A stretch of DNA of 64,000 nt from NCBI GenBank assembly GCA_022819825.1, contig JAJEGM010000028.1, positions 1,838 to 65,837 on the forward strand. The letters are read 5' to 3'. The translations under genes and the position numbers were made by a program. This document shows, in pieces, positions 17,828-27,855 of the stretch (position 1 is the first letter of the stretch; each line of letters begins with the position of its first letter). Source of the DNA: Acidimicrobiia bacterium. Its GTDB lineage: Bacteria > Actinomycetota > Acidimicrobiia > Acidimicrobiales > Bin134. A model generated the notes under the pieces. It was given only the letters and a program-made list of their open reading frames with translations. It did not search any database and was not told the DNA's origin.

Positions 17828-19015
17828 TCATGCCCCGTCAGAAGACTCTGTGCTTGCGGGCCAGTGTTGGCGGTAACGCTGCACCAACCAGCGGTTGAAT
17901 TGCACGTGGGTTTCCTCCTGCCAGGAGTACCGGCCCCGCACCGCGAAGCGGGACCGCAGGCCCCGCTGAACCTTGGTGGTGGCGTCTTGGTCTTGGGCCA
18001 CGAACACCTGCACTCCCTCGTCGCTGGCTTGGAAGAGGTGGTCGAACATGGGGTGCTCCAGCGCGCTGGGATGCAGCAGGTAGCCGATCTCCACGTCGAT
18101 GGTCTCGGCCGATGTGGGTCGCACGATGAAGAAGAATGCCTGGTCGGGGGCGGTGCCGAAGCACAGGGAGGGCGGGATCAGGGCGAACGTCGACCGCCAC
18201 CGCTCCTCCTCAGTGAGCTTGGGGAACACCGGCAACAGGGCTTTCCGGGTGGCGTTGAACCCGCCGTCGATGTGGGTGTAGCCGTTCTCCCGGAAGATCA
18301 CATTGGAGTCGTCCGACCACGGCACCGGGAACCGGGCCATCTCTGAGGGGCAGAAGTCTTGGATCACCTGGTGGAGGCGGTTGGCGTGGTATCCGTCGTT
18401 GAAGTTCTCGAACATCACCTTCCAGTTCCAGGGCAGGTCTTCGAGCGTGAAGGTGCCCGGGCACACACAGTTGTCGAGTTCATAGTTGGTTAGGTACGAC
18501 TCGTACCGCTCCAGGGTGGGGGCCAGGGGCGGGGCGTGGGGATTGAAGTTGACGAAGATGAACCCGTGCCAGAGCTCCACCGCCAGATTGGGCAGGCCCC
18601 AGTCGTCATTGTCGAAGCCCTCGGTTTGCTCCATGGCCGGGGCGCCCATCAGTCGGCCGTCTAGCCGGTAGCTCCAATGGTGGTAGGGACACCGGAAGGA
18701 GCGGCTGTTGCCCTCCCCCTCCACCACCTGCATGCCCCGATGCCGGCAGATGGCCGAGAACGCCCCGATGCTGCCGTCTCTCTGGCGAGCCACGATGACG
18801 GGCTCGGTGCTCACCGTGGTGGTGAACCAGTCGCCGGTCTCGGGGATGCGGCTGGCCACCCCCACGCAGCACCACTCTTGCTCGAACAGCGTCCGGCGCT
18901 CGAAGGCCAAGAACTCCTCGGAGGTGTAGATCTCGGGGGGAAGGGTGACCGCGGTGGCGACATCGGTGATGGAGTCGTCAAACGACGCCAGCAAATCGTT
19001 GGTCAACATGGTCAT
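17828..19015 (-). CDS. Rieske [2Fe-2S] aromatic-ring-hydroxylating oxygenase, alpha subunit
   Basis: Rieske motif CRHRGMQV..-17-..CPYHHWSY and mononuclear-iron motif NFNDGYHANRLH. Confidence 0.85.
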   Translation of the reverse strand: MTMLTNDLLASFDDSITDVATAVTLPPEIYTSEEFLAFERRTLFEQEWCCVGVASRIPETGDWFTTTVSTEPVIVARQRDGSIGAFSAICRHRGMQVVEGEGNSRSFRCPYHHWSYRLDGRLMGAPAMEQTEGFDNDDWGLPNLAVELWHGFIFVNFNPHAPPLAPTLERYESYLTNYELDNCVCPGTFTLEDLPWNWKVMFENFNDGYHANRLHQVIQDFCPSEMARFPVPWSDDSNVIFRENGYTHIDGGFNATRKALLPVFPKLTEEERWRSTFALIPPSLCFGTAPDQAFFFIVRPTSAETIDVEIGYLLHPSALEHPMFDHLFQASDEGVQVFVAQDQDATTKVQRGLRSRFAVRGRYSWQEETHVQFNRWLVQRYRQHWPASTESSDGA

Positions 19016-19019
19016 GTGG

Positions 19020-20519
19020 TCACCCCCTTGTCGCCTCTGCCTCTTGTCGTAGCAGGAATTTGCGGATCTTGCCGACGCTGGTGCGTGGCAGCTCGCCCAT
19101 CAGCGTAAACGACCGGGGCAGTTTGGCCTTGGCCAGCCGCTCCTGGCACCACGAGGACAGCTCATCATCGGACGGAGGCGCAGCTGAGTCGGCCGGGACC
19201 ACAAACGCCACCGGCACCTCGTCGCGCACCGGGTCGGGCGCCCCCACCACCGCGGCCTCCAATACCGCGGGGTGGCTGGCCAGCACCGACTCCACCTCCA
19301 CGATGGACACGTTCTCCCCGGCCACCTTGAGCACGTCGGAGTGGCGGCCGTCGAAGTAGTGGCGACCGTCATCTTCGACGTGGGCTCGATCGCCGGTGCG
19401 GAACCATCCGTCGTCGGTAAACGAGGCTTCGGTGGTGGCGGGGTCGTCCAGGTAACCGGCGAACAGCGTCGACCCGGGTTCTCCCCCAACCAGCACTTCG
19501 CCGTCGCGCACCACCACCTGGCAGCCGGGGGTGACCTGGCCCATGGACGACGGCACGGGATTCTCGGCTGGCTCGGTGAGCACGGCGGGGATGGTCTCGG
19601 TCATGCCATAGAGCTGGCGGGGCCGGCAGCCGAGCCAGCCGGCCAGGGTTTCGTACTGGTCGTCGGCGATGTTCTGGGCGTACCAGCAGTGGCGCAGCTC
19701 TACGCCGTCGACCGGTGCGCCCCGGGCCAGGATCATCCGCATCGGGGCGGCGAACAGGCTGGCACAAGTGGCCTGGTGACGGGCGGCTTGGGCCAAGAAG
19801 CCGCTGGCGGAGAAGGCGGGCATCAGCGCCACCGATGCTCCGGTCCAGATGGCGGAGGCGAAGGAGTAGTACTGGGCGTTGGCGTGGAACAAGGGCAGCA
19901 CCACTAGCTGGCGGTCTTCAGGGGTCAAATCGGCCCGCTCGGCCATGACCTGTCCGCAAAAGGCGTAGTTGGCCTGGGTGATCTCCACCCCCTTGGGCCG
20001 CCCGGTGGTCCCCGAAGTGAACATCACCGCAGCCCGGTCCCGAAGACCAATTGTGGGCCAGTCCACTTGAGCGGTTCCTACTAGCGCGTCAAGGCTGCCG
20101 CTGGCTTCGTCCACCTCGGTGATGGCCAACTGGGAGCTGACTTCCGCAGCCCCGCGGTAGACCTCGGCCCGATCGGTGGCGCAAAAGCCCGCCTTCGGCC
20201 GTGTGCGCTCAATGTGGTCGGCCAGCTCCGGCATCTTGCCCATGGGGTCGGATGGCACAACCCACGCCCCTAGCCGATTGGCGGCCAACCACAGGGCCAC
20301 GAAGGCCGGGGTGTTGGTCAGCGCCAGATGCACCGAATCGCCCGGTGCCACCCCTCGTTGGATCAACCCGGCAGCGACATCGGTGATGGCGGCATTGAAC
20401 TGCTCGTACGTCCAGGTAGCGGTGGTCCCGTCAGGCCGCTGGAAGATCAAGAAGACGGCTTCGCCGCCATGTTCGACTGCTCGCTCCCAAACGGACGAGA
20501 AAGTGACCGAATCAGCCAT
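19020..20519 (-). CDS. AMP-dependent synthetase/ligase (acyl/aryl-CoA ligase)
   Basis: AMP motif MFTSGTTGRPKGVE, ..TGDRAHVEDDGRHYFDGRHSDVLK.. ..GKIRKF... ATG 20519 (MADSVTF..) overlaps the upstream stop by 8 nt. Confidence 0.85.
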   Translation of the reverse strand: MADSVTFSSVWERAVEHGGEAVFLIFQRPDGTTATWTYEQFNAAITDVAAGLIQRGVAPGDSVHLALTNTPAFVALWLAANRLGAWVVPSDPMGKMPELADHIERTRPKAGFCATDRAEVYRGAAEVSSQLAITEVDEASGSLDALVGTAQVDWPTIGLRDRAAVMFTSGTTGRPKGVEITQANYAFCGQVMAERADLTPEDRQLVVLPLFHANAQYYSFASAIWTGASVALMPAFSASGFLAQAARHQATCASLFAAPMRMILARGAPVDGVELRHCWYAQNIADDQYETLAGWLGCRPRQLYGMTETIPAVLTEPAENPVPSSMGQVTPGCQVVVRDGEVLVGGEPGSTLFAGYLDDPATTEASFTDDGWFRTGDRAHVEDDGRHYFDGRHSDVLKVAGENVSIVEVESVLASHPAVLEAAVVGAPDPVRDEVPVAFVVPADSAAPPSDDELSSWCQERLAKAKLPRSFTLMGELPRTSVGKIRKFLLRQEAEATRG

Positions 20520-22155
20520 CGGGCGGCCCGTAGCCTCCGCCGCCAGGTAATTCGAGGCGCACCACGTCATCGGGGTCGAGGATGACCCGGCTCTGGGTGG
20601 TAACCGGCTCGCCGTTGACTTGGAATGAACCTGCCTCGCCGGGGCCGCCGCCGAATATGCCTTGCGGCGGGTCGGACAGGCGGCTGGTCACCGCATTCAG
20701 CAGCCAAGGACGGGAGGTGTCCACGCTGAACTCGATGGTCTGGCCCTTGCCGCCGGGCTGGGCTCCCGGCCCCTCGGAGCCGGGGCGCAGGGCCTTGCGG
20801 GTGAAGCGCACCGGCGCAGAGGCTTCCACTACCTCGATGGGCACCGCGCTCACTCCGGTGGGATAGGAGCAAGCGTCCAAACCCGGCTTGGATGCCCGGG
20901 CGCCCACCCCTCCGGCGTAGGTGAACATCGCGGTGATGAACGGGGTGCCGTCGTCGTGGTTGCCGCTCACCTGCATGGTCCAGACCGCCCCCGCCCCCTC
21001 GGCCATGGACTCCTCCGGCTTGACCTGGGCCAGGGCCTTGAGCAGGGCGTTCGGCAAGAACATCCCCACCACATGGCGGGCGGTGCCCGGCTGGGGCAGC
21101 ACTGCATTCACGATGGACCCCTCGGGGGCGGCCATCTTGATTGGGGCCAGGCTGCCGTGGTTGTTGGGAATTTCTGGATTCAGCACCGAGCGCACGGTGA
21201 ACGTGGTGTAAGCGTGGGTGTAGTTGCGGACCACGTTGATGCCCCACGGGCTGGCCTCCGACGTGCCGGCGTAGTCCACCATGATCTCCCCAGCATCGGG
21301 ATCCACCCGCAGCGAGCACACGATGTCGATGCGGCTGCCGTCGGCCAAGTCCAGCACCGCGTCGGCCTGGTACTCACCGGCGGGCAGTTCGGCGATGCTG
21401 GCCCGGGTGGCCGCTTCAGACCGGTCGATGATCTCGTCGGCCAACTCCTCGATGTCATCGAGGTCGTAGGCGTCGCACAGAGCGGCCAGCCGCTGGGCAC
21501 CCACCTCCCCCGATGCCATCTGGGCATGCAGGTCGCCGGCCATGTGGTCGGGCTGGCGGACATTGGACAAGATGAATTTCCACACATCCTCGTTGCGCTC
21601 GCCGCGCCTCATGAGCTTGCAGATAGGGATCCACAGGCCCTCTTCAAAGCAGTCCCGGGCCCCCGCCCCGATGCCGTAGCCCCCCACGTCGGTGTGGTGG
21701 ATGGTGGAGCCGAAGTAGGCGATGGGCACGGGGTCGCCCCCGGCAGCCGGGGCGCGCCACACCGGCACCAACACGGTCACGTCCAGCAACTGGCCCGCGG
21801 TGAGATAGGGGTCGTTGGTAACCAACACGTCTCCAGGCTCGAGAGCCTCGGGGGGGAATTCGTCAAGCATGTTGGCCGCCCCGATGGCCAGGGAGTTGAT
21901 GTGTCCCGGCGTGCCGGTAACCGCCTGGGCCACCATGCGGCCCCGCTTGTCGAACACGGCGTTAGCCAGGTCGCCGGCCTCGCGCACGATGGGGCTGAAT
22001 GCGGCCCGCTGGAGCGCCCGAGCCTGCTCGTTCACCACCGAGATGAGCGACTGCCACAGGATTTCCAGTTGAATAGGGTCGTAGGAGGAGGCCTCCTTAG
22101 GACTTGTCTTGATTTGGGTCATAGAACTGCTCTGGTTTCTCGCTGAGATCGTCAT
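20512..22155 (-). CDS. hyuB: hydantoinase B / oxoprolinase family protein
   Basis: ..DPIQLEILWQSLISVVNEQARALQRAAFSPIVREAGDL.. is the canonical HyuB N-terminus. ATG 22155 forms an ATGA overlap with the hyuA stop (ATG 22122 is an alternative). Confidence 0.85.
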   Translation of the reverse strand: MTISARNQSSSMTQIKTSPKEASSYDPIQLEILWQSLISVVNEQARALQRAAFSPIVREAGDLANAVFDKRGRMVAQAVTGTPGHINSLAIGAANMLDEFPPEALEPGDVLVTNDPYLTAGQLLDVTVLVPVWRAPAAGGDPVPIAYFGSTIHHTDVGGYGIGAGARDCFEEGLWIPICKLMRRGERNEDVWKFILSNVRQPDHMAGDLHAQMASGEVGAQRLAALCDAYDLDDIEELADEIIDRSEAATRASIAELPAGEYQADAVLDLADGSRIDIVCSLRVDPDAGEIMVDYAGTSEASPWGINVVRNYTHAYTTFTVRSVLNPEIPNNHGSLAPIKMAAPEGSIVNAVLPQPGTARHVVGMFLPNALLKALAQVKPEESMAEGAGAVWTMQVSGNHDDGTPFITAMFTYAGGVGARASKPGLDACSYPTGVSAVPIEVVEASAPVRFTRKALRPGSEGPGAQPGGKGQTIEFSVDTSRPWLLNAVTSRLSDPPQGIFGGGPGEAGSFQVNGEPVTTQSRVILDPDDVVRLELPGGGGYGPPDG

Positions 22156-24251
22156 TTTTGAGTCGGTATTTGATCGCGAACCGCGACGAGACAAGCGTCG
22201 TAAGAAACCGATACCTCCCATCCGGGACGAATGATCGACGTCGTCTCCCGCTCCTCCACCAGGGCCGGGCCGGCAAAGGACATGCCGACCGCCAGATCTG
22301 CCCGTCGGTAGACCGGGACTTCGATCGCGTCTTCCTCTCGGCCGAATACCGCAGTACGGGTGGATACTGGCTCGGGAGAGCGGTCGGCGGCGGTTGGCGG
22401 CAATTCGGAATCAGCGATCTCGGCCGGGTCGGCTCTGGCCGACAGGCGCCAGGTGACCACTTCGATAGGCACGTCGTCGATGGTCATGCCGTAGATGCGG
22501 CGGTATTCGGCCTCGAACGCCCCCACCACGTCGGCGTCAGCGGCCTCCCAGGCATCCCCTTCTCCCACCCAGACGGTGATCTCATTGCCTTGGCCGGTGT
22601 AGCGGGCATCGATGCCGTAGCGGAACCTGATGTCGGCTTCGGGCACTCCGGCGCTGAGCAGCACCCGGCGGCCTTCTTCCCGCAGCTCGTCCAGCAGACC
22701 GTCCCGGTCCGCGGCCGCCACCTCAGCCAGCTTCACCGGCATGGAGCGGGCCAGGTCGATGCGCACCGGCGACACCAGGGTCCCGAACGCCGATAGCACG
22801 CTGGCGTTGACAGGGAACACCACCCGATCCGAATCAAGCAGTTCGGCCACTCGGCAGGCGTGGGGCGGCCCGGCCCCGCCAAAGGCCAACACGGTGACCC
22901 CCCGCAGATCCACCCCCCGCTCCACCGCGTGCATGCGGGCGGCGGCGGCCATGTTCTGGCTGACCACCTCGTACATCCCCGCCGCGGTGTCGGCGATCGA
23001 GAGGCCCAGACCGTCGGCCAAGGGCTCGACGGCGGACTGCGCCAGCCCGGCATCCAAGGGCATGTCGCCACCCAGGAAGGCATCGGGGTCTAGCAGGCCC
23101 AACACCACGTCGGCGTCGGTCACCGCCGGTTGATCGCCGCCCTGGCCGTAGCACGCCGGACCAGGATCGGCCCCTGACGACTCAGGACCCACCTTGAGCA
23201 GGCCGAACTGGTCGAGGTGGGCCAGGCTGCCGCCCCCCGCGCCGATCTCCACCAAGTCGACCGAAGGCACCGACACCGGAAAGCCCGACCCCTTCTTGAA
23301 CCGGTACCTCCGGGCCACCTCGAAGGTGTTGGTGAGCGCCGGCTCGCCTTCCTCTACCAGGGTGGCCTTGGCGGTAGTGCCCCCCATGTCGAAGGCCAGC
23401 AATCTCTCCTCCCCCATGCGGCGGGCGAACCACCGGGCGGCCAGAGCGCCGGCGGCCGGTCCTGATTCCACCAGCCGGATCGGGGCGGCGGCCGCGTCGT
23501 CGGCCGACACCACCCCGCCGTTGGACAGCATCATCAGCACCGAACCGCCGAACCCCTCGGCCGACAGCCACTTCTGAAGCTCGTCCAGATACGGCCCAAT
23601 GATGGGCATGGTGGCTGCGTTGCAGGCCGCGGTGATCATGCGGGGGTACTCCCTGATCTGCGGCGAGATGTCGGCCGAGGCGCACACCGGCATCCCCAGC
23701 TCCCGGCGCAGCTCGCTTGCCAGCAGCCGCTCGTTGGCCGGGTTGACGTAGGAGTTGAGCAGGCAAACCGCCACCGACTCGACGCCGGCCGCCTCCAGCT
23801 CTTGCACCAGCGCAGCGATGGCCTCGCCCGAAGGAACGGTCAACACCTCTCCGGCGGCCGCGGTGCGCTCGTCGATCTCAAAGGTGAGGTCCCGGCTGAT
23901 GGGCGGATCGGGAAACTCGATCTGGAGGTCGTACATGTCGTAGCGGTGCTCGTCGCGGATCAACAGGGTGTCGCCGAAACCGGTGGTGGTGACCAGGGCG
24001 GCCCGACCGGTCTTGTTCTCGATGAGGGCATTGGTGATGAGCGTGGTGGCGTGGACGATGGGAGCAGTGATCTCTCCGGGAGCCACCTCAGCTCGCCGCA
24101 AGAGCTGGCCCACCGCCGCTTGCACCCCTTCGAGGGGGGCGGCCGGGGTAGTTAGAGCCTTGTTAACGGTTACCTCACCGGTGGCGGCGTCCAACAGCAC
24201 CGCATCGGTGAACGTGCCTCCGATGTCAACGGCCAGCCGCCAGTCGGACAT
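22152..24251 (-). CDS. hyuA: hydantoinase A / oxoprolinase family protein
   Basis: MSDWRLAVDIGGTFTDAVLLD.. (ASKHA-fold N-terminus) and ..AFDMGGTTAK... 699 aa. Confidence 0.9.
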   Translation of the reverse strand: MSDWRLAVDIGGTFTDAVLLDAATGEVTVNKALTTPAAPLEGVQAAVGQLLRRAEVAPGEITAPIVHATTLITNALIENKTGRAALVTTTGFGDTLLIRDEHRYDMYDLQIEFPDPPISRDLTFEIDERTAAAGEVLTVPSGEAIAALVQELEAAGVESVAVCLLNSYVNPANERLLASELRRELGMPVCASADISPQIREYPRMITAACNAATMPIIGPYLDELQKWLSAEGFGGSVLMMLSNGGVVSADDAAAAPIRLVESGPAAGALAARWFARRMGEERLLAFDMGGTTAKATLVEEGEPALTNTFEVARRYRFKKGSGFPVSVPSVDLVEIGAGGGSLAHLDQFGLLKVGPESSGADPGPACYGQGGDQPAVTDADVVLGLLDPDAFLGGDMPLDAGLAQSAVEPLADGLGLSIADTAAGMYEVVSQNMAAAARMHAVERGVDLRGVTVLAFGGAGPPHACRVAELLDSDRVVFPVNASVLSAFGTLVSPVRIDLARSMPVKLAEVAAADRDGLLDELREEGRRVLLSAGVPEADIRFRYGIDARYTGQGNEITVWVGEGDAWEAADADVVGAFEAEYRRIYGMTIDDVPIEVVTWRLSARADPAEIADSELPPTAADRSPEPVSTRTAVFGREEDAIEVPVYRRADLAVGMSFAGPALVEERETTSIIRPGWEVSVSYDACLVAVRDQIPTQK

Positions 24252-24254
24252 TGA

Positions 24255-24638
24255 TTAGCCTGCGAGAAGGTCGTCGCGGGGTGGGGCGAATACGTCGAGG
24301 ATCCAGCACTCCCCATACTCGTCGTCGCCGATGAACACCGAGTCGCCATGCCACACCCCCTTGGGCGCGATATATGCCTCGCCCTCGCCCAACACCACCC
24401 GCTCGGTGCTATCGGGGTCGTCGTTGATACGGAAGTCAAGCTTGCCCCGCACGACGATGCCGAGTTGCTCGTGGTGCTCGTGGCGGTGCAGGAACGATCC
24501 GGTGGCACCCCCGGCGATGCGCCAGAAGCAGAGCTGGAGCCCGTCGCCGGTGATGACACGACGGCGGAAGCCCTCCCGATCAGTGTCGGTGAAAAGGTCT
24601 TCGTCGTAGAAGTAGCAATACTGGTTGGTGAAGTTCAT
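24255..24638 (-). CDS. cupin-domain protein
   Basis: 127-aa ORF with cupin motif 1-like GSFLHRHEHHEQLGIVVRG and motif 2-like ..APKGVWHGD.. Confidence 0.7.
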   Translation of the reverse strand: MNFTNQYCYFYDEDLFTDTDREGFRRRVITGDGLQLCFWRIAGGATGSFLHRHEHHEQLGIVVRGKLDFRINDDPDSTERVVLGEGEAYIAPKGVWHGDSVFIGDDEYGECWILDVFAPPRDDLLAG

Positions 24639-24652
24639 GGAGTCGGCTTTGA

Positions 24653-25135
24653 TTAGTCGTCAGCAGCGAGCGCGGCAAACCGCTGCTGCTCCTGAGTGAG
24701 ATCTAGGGGCCGGATGATGGCCTGATTCTCTTCGTCGCCCCAGTGCTCGGCGGGAACCAGCCACATCACCTCGAATTCCAGACCGTCGGGGTCTTTGGCA
24801 TACAGGCTCTTGTTAGCCCCGTGGTCGCTCTCGCCGTAGAGGGCATTTGCGTCCACCAGCCGCTGGCGAATGGCGGCCAGCTCGTCCAGGGTGGGCACCT
24901 CCCAGGCGATGTGGTACATCCCCACTGATCGTCGGCCGGCCGCGGACGGCTCGGCCCCGTCGCCGATGGAGAAGAAGGCAATGTCGTGGTGGTTCTCCGA
25001 CGCCGGCGCCCTCATGAACACAAACTGCCCTGGCTCGTCGATGATGGTCTCGAACCCGAGCACGTCGGCATAGAACTGCTGCTGGCGCCGGGCATCACGC
25101 ACATACAGCACCGCATGGTTCATCCCGGTGATCAT
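24653..25135 (-). CDS. VOC-family protein (glyoxalase / extradiol-dioxygenase fold)
   Basis: ..MNHAVLYVRDARRQQQFYADVLGFE.. ..HHDIAFF.. ..MYHIAWEV.. ..DPDGLEFEV... Its ATG forms an ATGA overlap with the upstream stop. Confidence 0.8.
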   Translation of the reverse strand: MITGMNHAVLYVRDARRQQQFYADVLGFETIIDEPGQFVFMRAPASENHHDIAFFSIGDGAEPSAAGRRSVGMYHIAWEVPTLDELAAIRQRLVDANALYGESDHGANKSLYAKDPDGLEFEVMWLVPAEHWGDEENQAIIRPLDLTQEQQRFAALAADD

Positions 25136-26397
25136 GATGTGATCACCGATTCGAGGGCGGGATCGGTGTTGAAGGAGAGGCTCTTGGATGCGGGGAGCTC
25201 GTCCAGGGGGGTGTGGACCTCAGCTACGGGAGGGCCGATGCGGGCGGTGATGGAGGCGAGGGTGTCGGTGTCGAAGTTGTAGAGGTCAGCGGCCACGTCG
25301 GTGAGCATCTTCTGGCACTCCTCGGTGGGCACGTCCCACATGGTGGCGGCCAGAGCTTCGGTGGTGTAGCCGATGGAGCCCTCGTCGTGGGGGAAGTCGG
25401 CGCCCCACATGATGGTGTCCAGCCCCACCGCGTGGCGGTATTGGACCTCGGAGCGGGGCAGCATGGAGGCGCCGATGCGGCAGTTGCGCTGCCAGTACTC
25501 GATGGGCGAGAGGGACAGGCTGTCTACCGTGTCGGATCCGAAGGTGGGGGCGTAGTTGAGGGTGCGGGGGTCGCCGGCGTACTTGCTCTGGATGTTGCGG
25601 AGCCGCTGGTCGATGCGGTTCAGTTCTTCGAGGATCCACCGCATTCCCCACATCTCGGTCCACACCACCCGCAGGTCGGGGAAGCGCTCGAACACCCCGC
25701 CCAAGATGAGGTGGATGAGGGTGCGCTTGGGCCACAGCTCGTACTCCGTGAACGTCACTCCCCAGGCCACGGGATCGTCGCCCAGGTCGGGGCAGCCCGA
25801 GCCCATGTGCTGGTGGACGGGCATGGCCAGCGAGCTGCACACGTCCCACAGCGGGTCGTAGCGGGGATGGAAGAACGGCTCAACGGTGTGGTTGGGGGGG
25901 ATAGCCGGGATCATCACCCCGCCGATCACCCCAGTCTCGGCCGCCCAGCGCACCTCGGCGATGGCGTCATCCAGGTCGTTGGGCAAGAGCTGGATGAGGC
26001 CCTTGCGTCGCTTGGGCTCGTAAGAGCAGAACTCCACCAACCAGCGGTTGTGGGCTTGCAGCCCGGCCCATCGCCGGGCATAGGCGGCCGGGGTGTCGGG
26101 CACGCCGGAGAGGTGGACCAGGATGTCGTAGAACGGGGTGAGCGTGTTGGGAAACAACACCTCGCCGGTGATGCCCTCGGAGTTGCAGGCCGCGGTGCGG
26201 GCATCGCTGTCCCAGTTGACCTTGGCTGACTCCATGTCCCGCAAGTCGATCCACGGGTTGGTGATGGCCGCCTCCCAGGCGTCGAACTCGTCGTGCCAGG
26301 CGGGATCCAGGAACTCCCGGTAGGTGCGAGTCTGGGCCCCGGCGTGGGTGTCCGACGACAGGATCATGTACCGATCGCCGGTTTGGTTTTGGACCAT
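25132..26397 (-). CDS. amidohydrolase-2 family metal-dependent hydrolase/decarboxylase
   Basis: ..YMILSSDTHAG.. N-terminal metal ligand block and ..IMWGADFPHDEGS.. C-terminal block. ATG 26397 is chosen because the track's upstream 92 residues are Arg/Pro-rich and overlap the neighbouring gene. Confidence 0.75.
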   Translation of the reverse strand: MVQNQTGDRYMILSSDTHAGAQTRTYREFLDPAWHDEFDAWEAAITNPWIDLRDMESAKVNWDSDARTAACNSEGITGEVLFPNTLTPFYDILVHLSGVPDTPAAYARRWAGLQAHNRWLVEFCSYEPKRRKGLIQLLPNDLDDAIAEVRWAAETGVIGGVMIPAIPPNHTVEPFFHPRYDPLWDVCSSLAMPVHQHMGSGCPDLGDDPVAWGVTFTEYELWPKRTLIHLILGGVFERFPDLRVVWTEMWGMRWILEELNRIDQRLRNIQSKYAGDPRTLNYAPTFGSDTVDSLSLSPIEYWQRNCRIGASMLPRSEVQYRHAVGLDTIMWGADFPHDEGSIGYTTEALAATMWDVPTEECQKMLTDVAADLYNFDTDTLASITARIGPPVAEVHTPLDELPASKSLSFNTDPALESVITS

Positions 26398-26447
26398 GCC
26401 CCAGCCTATTGCACTCCTTGTCGGAGATTCCCGGCGGCGAAGGGCGA

Positions 26448-27404
26448 CTACAGCTCGAACACCTGGAGGTCGGGGCGATCTTCGAGGAGATAGTCGTTGG
26501 CCAGGTCCTCGGTGAGGTGGCGCCCGGAGAACGCGTCGAGGGCGTCGAGGGTGAGGCCGTCGTCTTGGTACACGGCCACCTCTCGTTGAGGCTCGCTCAA
26601 GCGGCTCACGATGTCGCCGGAGATGTGGAAGGTACGCCCGGTCACGTGGCGGGCAGCGTCGGTACACAGCCACACCACCATCGGGGCGATCTTGCGAGGG
26701 GCGAACGCCTCATCGGTGTCATCGGGAACCGGGGCAGCTCCTCCCCGGGGGGCCATGGTGATGGCCATGAGGTCGGTCCACCGGGCGGTGCGGATGGCGT
26801 ACTCCGCGGTGGACGCCCCCACGGCCCGGGGCCGGATGGCGTTGCAGCGCACGCCGAAACGGCCCAATTCCCGAGCCGCGGTGCGGGTCAGGCCGATCAC
26901 GCCCTCTTTGGCCGCCGAATAGGCGCAGTGCGACGGGTGGCCGAAACCCGATCCCGAGCTGGTGTTGATGATCACGCTGGTGTCCTGTTGCACCAGATGG
27001 GGCACGGCGTGCTTGATCATGGCGAAGTAGCCCTTGAGGTTGACGTTCACGGTGAGATCCCACTCCTCCTCGGTGAAGCGCCAGATGTCGTTGTTGCGCC
27101 CGGCGGTGGCGTTGTTGATCAGGATGTCGAGGCGGCCGAAGGCGTCCACCGCCTGCTGCACGATCTCGGCTGTACCGTCCCAGGTGGCCGAGGTGCTGCT
27201 GGCCACCGCCTCGCCCCCGGCATCGTTGATCTCACCAGCCACCCGCTCGGCGTTGGCTGCCACCCCTTCAGGGGTCTTGCGTATGCCCAGGTCGTTGACC
27301 AGCACTCTGGCCCCCTCGGAGGCCAGCAGATGGGCATGCTCGCGCCCGATGCCACCCCCCGATCCGGTCACGATTGCCACTTTGCCTTCAAGACGGTTCC
27401 CCAT
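26448..27404 (-). CDS. short-chain dehydrogenase/reductase with C-terminal extension
   Basis: MGNRLEGKVAIVTGSGGGIGREHAHLLASEGARVLVNDLG.. (TGxxxGxG) and YSAAK catalytic motif. The start was trimmed from the track's 27611. Confidence 0.85.
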   Translation of the reverse strand: MGNRLEGKVAIVTGSGGGIGREHAHLLASEGARVLVNDLGIRKTPEGVAANAERVAGEINDAGGEAVASSTSATWDGTAEIVQQAVDAFGRLDILINNATAGRNNDIWRFTEEEWDLTVNVNLKGYFAMIKHAVPHLVQQDTSVIINTSSGSGFGHPSHCAYSAAKEGVIGLTRTAARELGRFGVRCNAIRPRAVGASTAEYAIRTARWTDLMAITMAPRGGAAPVPDDTDEAFAPRKIAPMVVWLCTDAARHVTGRTFHISGDIVSRLSEPQREVAVYQDDGLTLDALDAFSGRHLTEDLANDYLLEDRPDLQVFEL

Positions 27405-27438
27405 GGCGGGCACCCTAGTGGCCGGTAGCGAGCCGCCT

Positions 27439-27843
27439 TCAGGACTGGTTGAACGATGCTGCCGCGTCGCCGGGGCGCAGCACGAAGAACTCCATGCCGT
27501 CGGGTCCGCAGGTGAAGGAGTACTCGTGGTTGGCGGCCAAGATGACCGAGTCCTTGGCCCCCAGTTCCATAGATGGCCCTTCGGCGCCGCTGGGCCACAC
27601 CTCGCACCCACCCGACACCACGATCAGCAACTCGTTCTGATCGTGGCTGTGGGGAGGGACGTGGTAGCCAGCGGGCATGGTGGTGTACTGGCACCAAAAC
27701 CCTCCTTCCCCCCGGGCTACGTGTTTGCGCCCGGCGCCGAGCTCCCTGGCCTTCTCGATCAGCTCTTTGGGGGCGTTGGGGTTCTTGGACTCATCAACCC
27801 ACTCGATGTCATCGAACATCAGCACCCTTGGCTCTGTGCTCAT
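27439..27843 (-). CDS. cupin-domain protein
   Basis: 134-aa ORF. ..GYHVPPHSHDQNELLIVVSGG.. is cupin motif 1 (G-x5-H-x-H-x3,4-E). Confidence 0.7.
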   Translation of the reverse strand: MSTEPRVLMFDDIEWVDESKNPNAPKELIEKARELGAGRKHVARGEGGFWCQYTTMPAGYHVPPHSHDQNELLIVVSGGCEVWPSGAEGPSMELGAKDSVILAANHEYSFTCGPDGMEFFVLRPGDAAASFNQS

Positions 27844-27855
27844 TTTCTTCCTCCG

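Noticed and set aside
20662-22146. 494-aa plus-strand ORF opposite hyuB
   Set aside because: Shadow ORF. The minus strand shows the canonical HyuB N-terminus and operon overlaps.
26398-26673. Over-extended N-termini of track ORFs (25132-26673, and likewise 26448-27611, 5163-6521, 33129-33848, 27856-29010, 28860-29864, 44940-45827)
   Set aside because: The upstream parts are Arg/Pro-rich and overlap the preceding gene. Family-typical N-termini start at internal ATG/GTG codons, often in ATGA/GTGA overlap with the upstream stop.
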